NCBI RefSeq assembly: GCF_009914755.1 | Contig: NC_060926.1 | Reading direction: 5' to 3' (one strand) | Origin: the human T2T-CHM13v2.0 reference genome, Homo sapiens | DNA length: 64,000 bases | Shown here: positions 29,633-40,745 of the stretch, one piece after another | Layout of the letters: each line of letters begins with the position of its first letter | How positions within the stretch are numbered: position 1 is the stretch's first letter | Notes under the pieces: model-generated | Told to the model about the DNA's origin: nothing | Databases searched by the model: none | Seen by the model: only the letters and a program-made list of their open reading frames with translations | Made by a program: the position numbers and the translations under genes

Positions 29633-31499
29633 TACATACACACAAAGCACGTATATTTTACTCATTTTAGTGTGTGTGCCACATGATCAGCCAGATATCC
29701 TATAGCGATTAAGTTATATCTGAGAAATCCTTGAGAAAATTCAAGATTTACTTTTGCTAATAACATTCATGTAGCATTATTTTAAAAATAATAATGACAA
29801 ATGCTGAATTGTCACACTCTTAAAATTGTTGATGGCAATAATAATAACATCCTTTTTGCACTAATTAACATTAATTCATGAAAAAAATAATTATCCTATT
29901 TCTCAGGCTTCTTATGAGCCTCTCAAATTTCTTTAATTCTAATATAAACAATATATTTAGTAATTTAAGAATGTCAACCACTCAACTGATATTATTGAAA
30001 CAGTTTTCAATAATGGCTAATCCTTTGGGTAAGACACTGAAATGGGTAAACTGTATTTTCAAGAGGGAAAAGATGAAAAATGTAACTGACATACTATTCT
30101 CACTTAAACATTTCTTAATTTCAATGAACTATATATGTTCATACAAATGTGACACATAAACATGCATATGTCTTGCATCCACATGTTCAGTGTTACCACT
30201 GCATGTCTATGCACAAAAGTGTCTCTACTGATAGAAAGGAACATAAAGGGATATTCCACATCTCCTGGCAGTTGCCTGTTCACATAGATTTACCATTTCT
30301 TCCTCTTACTAGTTCTCCTGTAAGAAGTTGAGTCCTCACTTCTAATGGCCACCTATATTTTGATCTTACAGTCCATTAGAGAATGTGCTCACCTCTACCT
30401 TCCTTCCATCTCTCTTTAGACTGCCTGTGTGCACAGGAAACAACACACATTCAGCCATAAATGGCTGGCTTTCAGGACACTGGCCCTATCAGTTCTCTCT
30501 AGCCACTTTAGACAACACATAAAACCTGCACATATACATTTGTGAGAAAATTCATGGAACACATTATTTTTGCATCTTGAATCCTCTATATAACAAAATA
30601 TTTTGCCTGAGCCAAAGGTCAGTCAGAAAACTGCAGTTAGGTAATCCCTTAAGTTTTCTGTGTACTCTAGGCAGACTAATTTCCTAACTGCCAGAAACTT
30701 CAGGCTACTTCTCAACATCAAGAAATGGTAAAGGATGCTGAAGTAGATGCCAGGGTCCTAGGAGATCAGTTAGAAAAACTATGAATCTATTCCATAAATA
30801 TTTTTCTGAGTTGTACAGTCTAGTCTGATGGACTAAAGGACCCCAAAAGAGCCAGCTGAAGGAAAATACATAGGAGTCCTTAGGACTGAAGTGAAAAACA
30901 AAAAAAAGTGTGATGCAGAGAGCCAGACAGATTGACAAAGCCTACCTGTCAGAGGCAGCAGGGGTTCCAAGTACTTTATTAGTCTGGGCTACATTTATCT
31001 TGCCCTTGGCATGTGGCCTCTGGGAGGAAGAACCTTGTGCAATGAAGGAATGAACTATAATAGTAAGATTTAACAGCTATGCTGTCAGACTACTCTTAGA
31101 AAAAACTGGCCAAGTGATGATCCCTCCTAGGAAACTAAAGAAAGATTCAGTTCAGGAGCCTAGGAAGGGCAGGTAGTGATGGGCAGAGACAACAGGCTTA
31201 GGCTTAAGGTAGTAGAACCCCACAGAGAGTGCTAACAACCCATCCCCTACTGAGAGAACCCGTGGAGATACAGTTTTACAGCTATTAATATATATGTCAT
31301 CTCTCAGTATTCTCTAGCACAGATATCGACATTACTGGAGAATAGTGGCCTTCCTGATATAAGGAGATGAAAATTGGAGCACTGACATAAAGATGTTGTG
31401 CCTCTCTACATATTGACAGATAAATCTCAAGGTATATTTGGTGGTACATACTCTATACCTAGCTCAGTCACAATAATATAACCTATTTTTTGAGATTTT

Positions 31500-31736
31500 A
31501 TAAGGTTTCCAGTACTTTTCTAAGTGGTTTACATGAATTATCTACTGTAATACTCAAGACTAAATGTTCACACTTCTGTGTAGTTGGGATTATTCTCATT
31601 TTCTAGGTAAGAAACTTGAGATACAAAGAAGTGAAGTAATTTGCCTAAGATCACAAAATTGATAAAGGTGGAGATCTGGATGCAAACCTGGAAATTCTAA
31701 ATCCATGGGTCATATTTTCATTCATAATACCACACT
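31500..31736 (-). mobile_element. MIR
   Basis: CATTTTCTAGGTAAGAAACTTGAGATACAAAGAAGTGAAGTAATTTGCCTAAGATCACA. Confidence 0.8.
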
Positions 31737-33624
31737 ATTTTTATAATTAATCCATTATGATTTAACTGAAAGAGGAAATAAAACCTGTTTTCCTGCAACC
31801 ACCACTTTTTGTCTCTGCAGGTTGTACAGAGCAAGTAAACATGGTCCATTTTTTCCAAGTTCCTTTTCTCGCTGCTGTCGACTATTATGTCTGCTTCTCC
31901 AATGTACCATGAATGTCACATCCCATTGCATAATTCAAATGGCCCAGGTAGCCAGTTCATTAGTGGAAAAAGTAAAAATACCATTATCTCATATGAGGCA
32001 TTTAAAGTTGTCCATCTTTAAATAGGGGACATCTTTAAAGAGTCCCCTATTTGCCCAGTGTCCATTATCATCCCAAGATATCTAGCAGATATGTTTAAGT
32101 CACAAATAAATGTCTTAATTGCTTTGACAAGACCTCTTGGGGACATGGAAGAGTATTGTCTCTTTTTGAGGTAATGTTCTTTTCAAACAGCAGTTGATTT
32201 AGGAAGCAGTAGGCTAGATACCTTTATTACACATCTTTCCTTAATACATAGACTGCTTGGCAATGGTCACTATTGCTACCATTGGAAAGTATAGAGTAGA
32301 GCCCAGCACCATGCATTTTGGGAAATGACAGAACTTTCAAACATAGCTCTCTCTGACACCATTTATCCAAAGCCTGAGGCCTTGCAGTGAGGCTATCCAT
32401 CACCTCAAGTCCCATCCACCACACATGCCTTTGGTGAGGCCAGTTGCAGCCAGCTTTGCTATTTTTGTATAGTCAGTTTCCTCTGGACTCATAAAGACTA
32501 CAACAGATAAACTTTTAGTTTTTACACCGTATTTAAGTCTTACTGGGAAAAGAAGTCAAGGAAGCTGTTTTCAGTTTGTCTCTTCCATTTCTCATGAGTT
32601 AGCATTAATGTCCATAACATATATAAATTTTTAGCCAAGGTGAGTTAGTAGAGTTCTGCCTACTACTTTATGTTAAAAATCACCTCTCACTGAATGGGTA
32701 TATCAACCCTGTCTTGAAAGAAAATAGTGAACTCCCTCTTTACTTCTAACAGGACAAAATCATAATGTCAGTTTGCAATTCAGAGCTGGTTTTGCTGTTG
32801 TGTGCTGCCATATCCTTGACTGGCATTGATATATTAGAGAAAGAAGTTACTGAAGCCTTGTTTCAGGCACTTCTGTAGCCTTAGAATGTGAGCTGAATAT
32901 AAGAATCAGGAAAAACCTCTCCAACAAAAGGTAATAAAAAATACGATTTGGTATTGTTTCACTTATGATCAGGCAAGGCAATAAGACTCTTGTACTCCAT
33001 TCCTCCAAATCTTGTGTTAACTATTCCAAGTGTGTGTATTTTAGGTAAAAGGCTGTTTTCGTATTTTCTTTTAAAATGAACAGCTACCTGCAAGGAATGG
33101 AACACACAGAGATTTACATTTACCCAAAGGGGGAAGCTTTAAGTACAATAGCGAGGCTATAATCAGTAGAATGCAAATTGTGTACTCCAGGGACCAGAAG
33201 GCGTAACTGTAACACAAAGAGGTTTCCAAGTAAAGAAACAGAGCGGTTCATTTTCTAAGGTTTTCCGATAGTATTATGGCGAATTTGAAATAGCCTTTGA
33301 TAGCACCAAATCCAGGTGGATGTCAAGTTGTAAATTATTAAAAAGGGTATTGGTACATTGCTTTAATTTTTAATATAGTGTTGCTATCCAGGAGGGGAAG
33401 GTATAGTTCAGTATTGCTCTCAACAACACATTCCACTTTCCTTACTAAATTTACTCATTATATTTTATAGTATTTTGTTGGTGTTGTTTTCTCCTCTGTC
33501 TTTATTCTCCTGAAAAAAATTCATTTGGAATGAATGAATCTCATGGAGAAATTGAAATCCTTGTAATGAACATAGACTAGAAATTGTTTTTATTGCATGT
33601 GGTGCAAGATAGTCTATCTTAGAT

Positions 33625-33840
33625 ATATGACATGTGCTGAGTGACAAACAGTGTGCCAGGAGCTTTATATATATTTAATTTTTGCAACCCTACTAGGTAA
33701 ACGTTATTACCACACCCATTTCATAGATTAGGACACTGAAGCATAGACCAATCAAATTACTCTTTCACACAGCTAGAAAATAAAAGAGCATGCATTATGA
33801 CCTACAAAGTCTGGTGTCAGAGACTGCTTTTAACCAAGAT
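33625..33840 (-). mobile_element. MIR
   Basis: GTGCCAGG...CAACCCTACTAGGTA...CCCATTTCATAGATTAGGACACTGAAGCATAGA...CACACAGCTAG. Confidence 0.75.
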
Positions 33841-34889
33841 GATATATAATTTATCATCCAAACTGAGATAATCTGGGATGTTAAAGGAGGCCCTATTCAT
33901 AATTATGGTGGACTATAGGTGGAAGTTGAGATCATTCCAGGCAAATCAGGATATATGGTTACTTTACTCTCAATCTTCATTCTGTGCTGCCCCAAGTTTA
34001 TTGCCATATTTACTATGTTGCCAGATAAGGCGTATATGTAGGTTAACTGCAGCCCTGTAGTCAATATAGGCTTTTCATCATTTACAAAAGCAGTATATAG
34101 TCAATAAATGTTTTCATCGGTAATGAACCAATTTCTTAGTTTCCACTATAATGCAGAATATGAGCTGCTATTAAGCATGCCAGCTTAACTACATATTTTT
34201 AAGTGTCCCCAGCATCTCTGTTAGAGGAAATTAACTTCATTCCAGTTAACTTAGTAGAGATCTACTGCTGGGGAAATGAAGTCCAACTTCATAAATTCCT
34301 ATGGCATAGTTGCCCATCACAATATAAAGCTAATGGTGACAAGTCAAAACAAATTAGGCAGCGTGAGCATTGTTACCCTTCTGTAACACAACATTGTTTC
34401 CAGAATGCAGATCAGGCTAAATGATCTTTAAGGTAACATCACAATATGTTCTTGATGAAAATACATCTAAAATATATTTCTAACTCATTGACTAGAGTTC
34501 CATTCCAACAGACTGATGGAGTTGTTACTGAGGACACTGAGGATTTAACTGAGAAAATCTCATTTACAGCGAATAAATAAACCTCTGCTGATACCTGCAG
34601 AATTCAGCTACTCAGAGTCAAAGCATTTCTCACAAATGGGAAATTTTCTTTAAAAGATACATATGAAACAGCCATACATCAAATTCAGGGTCATTATGTG
34701 TGCAAATTAGCTCTTGTAATAAATTAGCTTAAAAACTCTGAGCTTTAAACAAACCAGTTGCAATAAATGGGCACATGAAGGAGCTTTAAGACTAATCAAA
34801 ATGTAGATTCTATATTAATTCACAGGAAAGCCCCTGAAAAAACCCATGTATGCATAATCATCCTTTACTTTGGGCTTAGATGTCAAGAC

Positions 34890-34967
34890 CTACTATATGT
34901 CCTATATATCGTGCTATATATATCCTATATATCCTACTATACATATATATCTCTACTATATATCCTA
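34890..34967. repeat. Degenerate (CTATAT)n-like low-complexity repeat
   Basis: CTACTATATGTCCTATATATCGTGCTATATATATCCTATATATCCTACTATAC... Confidence 0.75.
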
Positions 34968-35099
34968 GTTGAACTATAAGAGATTGTCATTCTAGTTACT
35001 TTGCCACTCAATGAGAGAAAGGGGGAGAAATTCACTATTTGCCTAAGCAATTATGTGGTACATAGTCTTTTAGTTAAAAGTTAGAATATTGATTGTCAG

Positions 35100-36565
35100 A
35101 AGATGTCAGCTAGAATGGTGGAGTAAAGATGTAGAAAAATCTGTATCATAAAATAAACATTAGTAAAAACTGTGAAAATTCACCAGAGATTGAGATATCC
35201 ATAAGGTCCCTTCTAAAGCTCTGAAACCTAGTTGGGAATCTAGAAGGCCATGTACATAGGCAGAGCAATGTATGCTGAGGAAAGACCTAAGAAGGCCCTA
35301 AGATCCCAACACTGGCTGACCTCAAAAGCTGCGCAAGCAGGAAGTGAAAGCTATGGCAGAATTATCACTGCTTGCTGGAGTGCTGAACGCATGCCCCAAG
35401 CACCGTAGCTCCTATATAGCTCTCTTCTCTGCTTCCTTTATATTATTATTGTTACTAATCACAGCTATATAAATTATGCGCCTGTCAACACAGATTTATA
35501 ACTGTTGCCTTCTGTAATTATCTTTTAAATCAGAAGAAGAGGGAATTATAGAGAAAAAAATTATATACACATATAGTCTTTTTTAGTCCAAATGAGATTG
35601 ATATAAACTAGGTATTAATTGCAATCTTCTGGGCAATTGCCAAGAAAATAATTTTTTAAATAGAGCAAAACAAACAACAAAGAAATTAAATGGTACACTA
35701 AAAACTACTTAAGAAAAATAAAAAGGAATACAGAAAAGCAAAATGTATAAGACAACAAATAGCAAAATGAAAGATATAAATCCTACTTTATTAATCATTA
35801 CTTTAAATAGAAATGAATTAAATATTTTATTCAAAAAGGAGAGATTAGAAGATTTTTTAAAAAGCTGATCTGACTGTAAAACAATGGGAACTACATATCA
35901 AGCAAACAGCAAACAAAGAGAGCTGGACTAGCTATGATAATAACAGACAAAGAAACTTTAAGACAAGAAATATTACTAGAGAAAAAGAGACATTTCTTAA
36001 TGAAAAAAGTGTCAATCAATCAAGAATATATAACAATTATAACATATATAGACCTCACAACAGAGCTTACAAATACACACAGCAATATCTGCCAGAATTT
36101 CAGGGAGAAAAATCTATTCAACAATAATAATTGGAGATGTCAATATCCCATATGTAAAATAGATAGAACACCTAGCCAGAAGATCATCAGCTTGAATAAC
36201 AGTATAAACTAACTAGACTTAAGAGACCTCTACAAAACTCTCCATACAACAGCAGCAGAATACATGAATTCCCAAGTGCACAAGAAACATTATGGAAGAT
36301 AGGCCATATATGATCCCATGAAATAAGCCTGAGTATATTTAAAATAATTGAAATAATACAGAGTATGTTCTTTGACCAAAATGGAAAGAGATAAGAAATC
36401 AATATCAGAGACGAATTTGGACAAGTCAAAAAATTGTGGAAATTAAGCAACAAATTCCTAACTAACCAATTAATCAAAGAGAAAATCACTAGGAAAGTTA
36501 AGGAACACTTTTAGATGAATGAATATAAAAAGACAATATACCACACTTATGAAATACTACTAAAA
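35100..36565 (+). mobile_element. Old L1M (L1MC/MD-like) 5'UTR plus ORF2 endonuclease region, with a short probably inverted piece near 35420-35545
   Basis: 5'UTR-like GGGAATCTAGAAGGCCATG...CAAGCAGGAAGTGAAAG. Endonuclease-like translation (ORF 35934: KRHFLMKKVSINQEYITI; also CAGCAGAATACATGAATTCCCAAGTGCACAAGAAACATT). Confidence 0.75.
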
Positions 36566-36662
36566 GATTCTTGCCCACATGGAGTTCTGATTGCAAAAGA
36601 TAGAAACAGACAATAAGCATAATAAATGAATTATATTAAATAGTTATCTTAGAAGTCACTAC

Positions 36663-37263
36663 TGTTGTAAAAACTGTCTTCTATTTGTGCCACAATTTTG
36701 TATCACAGTTAAGGACAATTCAAAACCATCACATTGTCTGGTTAGAGGAACAGACTTTTTTGGGAAAGGAAACACAAAACTTTGTCTGCAAAAGAAGAGA
36801 AGCACTGGTTCTGCAGCCTCCCTCCTGCAATCAGGCTGGGACAGACTATTCTGCTGGACATGCAAGATGCACCGTAATCCAGGGGAGAAAAATCCTTCCC
36901 CTTGGCAACCTCTTCTTTCATAGGCAAGTATGAGAAAAGCATCACTGTTAGTGGGGGAATACCCGGAACACTTTGGGCCAAGACATTCTGGCTTTTTGTG
37001 TCACCTGTTTAGAATTATTTTCTGGGAACCTAGAACCCTTGCCTGGTGTTGTACCCATGCTCCCAAACAATGGGGATTTATAGTCTGTCCATTCTCCTTT
37101 TCTCTATCTCCTATTTGACTGGGGGAACCCCTGAGCCATGGGAAACTGACAAGAGTAGAAAGTCCACGACTGGACCCTTCTAACTCATTGTTCAGGCAAC
37201 GTGGTGAGTAATTAAATATTTCCAACCCAGTTTTGACTCAAGGGATTTAAGATGTTAACCACA
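36663..37263 (+). mobile_element. Possible old LTR, family unassigned
   Basis: TG...CA-bounded ~600-bp block of higher GC with GGTGAGTAATTAAA near its 3' end. No TSD found. Confidence 0.3.
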
Positions 37264-40200
37264 TCAATATCCTTCATTTCAATTTTATTGTTTTTATTAA
37301 TACGCTATTATTTTTAGCCTATCTCAATGACTCTGAATATCATATTTTAAAATGAGAAAAATATGTAAAGGGGTGAACTATGGGACTAAGTAAACCTCCC
37401 TCCCATCCTGAAAGGAACGGATTGCCAGTGATGGCGACCACATACTGACAGGCTAAAAAGATTCCAGCCTCAGACTCTCACTCTCTCTGGAAACACAATT
37501 TTCATGGTACATTTAGCAAATGCTTTATTATAATTGAACGTCTATGAAACTACATATTATGCAAATAAATTAATTATCATTTGTAGCATTACAATGGCTA
37601 GTAAATCAATTCATAATTATATGACACTTAAAATAAATAGAATAACACTCTTTAAATTTCCCTGCTAAGTGCTAATGCATAATATTCTCAGTCACACAGC
37701 AATAAAATAGTAAAAGGAGAAGCAATACCGTACACTGAATCACGACTACCGAGCGTAAAATGAAGCCATGGTGACTGCAAGATTTGCTCTCTGTCCTTTT
37801 ACATAAAAGCCTTTTGAATGCTCCAAATACCCTGAAGAAATACCTATAAATATATCAAATATACTTTTGTTCATAATCAGTAACAGACATCTGAGATCAG
37901 AACAGAGTATTTGTTGAAAATAAACCTTCTAAAAGTTCATCCTTTTCTGATCTGGAATATTGTTTTCAAGATAAATTCTGCATCAAGGGAATTGCTTTGC
38001 CACACAAGAATAATTGATAAGGTAAAACTTAAAAAAAATACAGTAATGGAAAACTCCTACCCTAAAGTTATACTTGCAAAACACACAGTTTGGACACAAT
38101 ACTGCTAGTGGTAACTCTCCTAAGCATTTCAATGGAGAAAGCCTCCCCAGGAATCAAAATATAATACAACTCTCAAGACAGACAGATGAATCTGGAGCCT
38201 TGAAAGACAGTGAGCATAAAGCATAAGAAATCATTTCTTATTTTGTGTTCCTTAATTTTCTCATTGATATCTGAAGATCATGTAATCCAAAGACTGCTTG
38301 CAATCTGAATGTCCAGGGAAGCATTTGACTTATCCCAGAAGGCTGTGCATTTAAAGACCTTCAATAGGTAAAGGAGGAAACTTGGCTTATTTTATTTTAT
38401 TGCTACAATGGAAATTGTGCACGTACATGTACACTAGGAGCAATGCTCTGAAGAGCAAATGGAATGTACAATGAGATGTGGCTTTGACATGCTTGGTTGG
38501 CAATGTTTTCTCCGTTCCATAGTAAATCACAAGAATGGCAGCAACATGCCGTCAGAATGTAAGATAAATAATAATTTTTCCAAGTCCCAGGCACTCTAAA
38601 CCTGAAGACACCATGAGATGAAAACCAATTTAGAAGTAGCTTTATTTTGTGGAGTGTAACCAAAGAGCACAGTGCTAACCACAAGGATTATAGACTCTCC
38701 AAAATGCTTAACTGTGGCCTTGGAAAATTTATTTAAATCTTCCAATTATAAAATATGTGAAATTTGAAGATTTGAAAATTAACTGATTCACCTCTGATAA
38801 AAAGTTACAAACTTAAGATTGAATAATATTAAAATAATAGTAATCATTACCAATTTCTTAATGCACTACAATTGTGGTTAGAAATTTTCTTTATTGAAAG
38901 TCTGTGCCAAGTTCTGGGATGGTTGTTAAGAAAGATGTGAAGATGTATAGATTGCTCCCTGATAAAAAAAAAAAACTTTAATAAGCTCTTATAAGACAAA
39001 ATGGTAATTTAATGGCTTTGTAATGCGTCAAGATAATACCAAGATGAAGTTTAAAATGGGTTCATATACCAGAAGTACACATAGTATGTTTTCAATTTTG
39101 ATTGCACCTGTTAGTGTGGAACATCTAAGTCTAACCCAATTATCTCCAAAGTGCCCAGGGCTTTTTTCTTTGCCTTCTCCTCTCATAGCCATCTCCTCTT
39201 CCATGTGATGTATATAATTTACCATTTCTCTTGTTGACTTTAGAGGTGCTCTTCTCTAAGGTCTTTGCTCCTGTGGCTAGGGAAAACACTTGAGAGTGAC
39301 TCACCAGGACTTTGAGCATGGTTCTTACTGTGAGAATATGGGTTCCTGTGACAAAGTTTTCAAAAGCCACTCACTGGCATTGCCTACTGGGATCTCCATC
39401 CATGCCCCCAGACATGTTTCCTGTTAGAGCCTCCACCTGTAAACCAGAGGCATGCATGCATCCAAATTTTTCTAAGATCAATGCCAAGTTCTCTTCCAAT
39501 TAAAAAAAATTGTTAAAAGACTGATAACCACTAATCTTCTAACAACACCATGATTTTCGGGGTCTTTATATAAACATGTTTTAAAATTTTACTCATAGAT
39601 CTCTGTCTTTATAATGCAGATAATCTAAGTGACAGAAGTATTCATAATTATAGAATGTAAGAATTACAGGAGTGGATATATTTCATTATTCTGTACTTCT
39701 AAAGATCACAAGAGTTAAAATACTTAAGTGAAGAATGCTGCTAGTAGAGAATCATAGTTTTCGTTCTGTCACTGAAATATATCCTCAAATCCACCTTTGC
39801 TTCCTAGTGAACAGGTTTGCCTATCATGAAAATCATATATCAAATTAATATCATTTTCTTCATTTTGGACATACTAGAACATCATTTCTAAACAGCCATA
39901 AAAGTGAAAGAGAGCTGAATTTCTCTTCCAACTTCTTAAGGTGTACTGAAAGTGTTTCAACAGAAACTGTGATCAGTGATAACTATGATTCACAATACTC
40001 AGCAAGAATACTCTAAGACCCAAAAAAGGGTCAAAAATAAAATATTTCAGGAGTCTCAAGGTTGAAAGTTGTAACCATTTTTTTTTCATTGTTCAACTTC
40101 TACCTCCTGTTTCTACTGAGTATCCAATTATATTGTTAACATCCCATGGTGTAGGGATATATCCAAGGACATTTGATTAGTTTCATTTTTTTTCTTCTTA

Positions 40201-40745
40201 AAATGTAATACTCATAAAAATATTCATCTCTACTTATGGATTTGGAACACTTAATGCTGTGTTTTCTCCCCTATAGTATGTTGTGATGAACTAGAACTTC
40301 AATCCCAAATTAAACTGTGTATCAGAACAATTACATTACAGGATCATTCAAGGTGTTCATTTTTTCTGGATGATTCATATACAGCCATGAAGTGATATTG
40401 ATATGTATCCAGTAGAAAGAAGGAGGAGAATAATGTTTTTCTAACACAATAATCCCAGGGTTAATGTAGCTTAGTGAATACTGTAAAACTCATTATAGAA
40501 AAATATGCTGTCTTCGTATGAAGCTAGATTGTATTTCCTTGCTACACAATCATTTTAGGGGTGAAGTGTGTTTGACTCTAGGAATTTAGCATAGGGTCTA
40601 CTCAGTCTTGCTTGGAGTAGAAACTGAACTAGAATTAAAACACTCAGCACATTCACCATTTCTTGAGTAATCAGAATCCATTCCCATCTTTTTTAAAGAA
40701 GAACTTTCATGAATAATTATTTGAATTCTTAAATAACAAAGTTAG

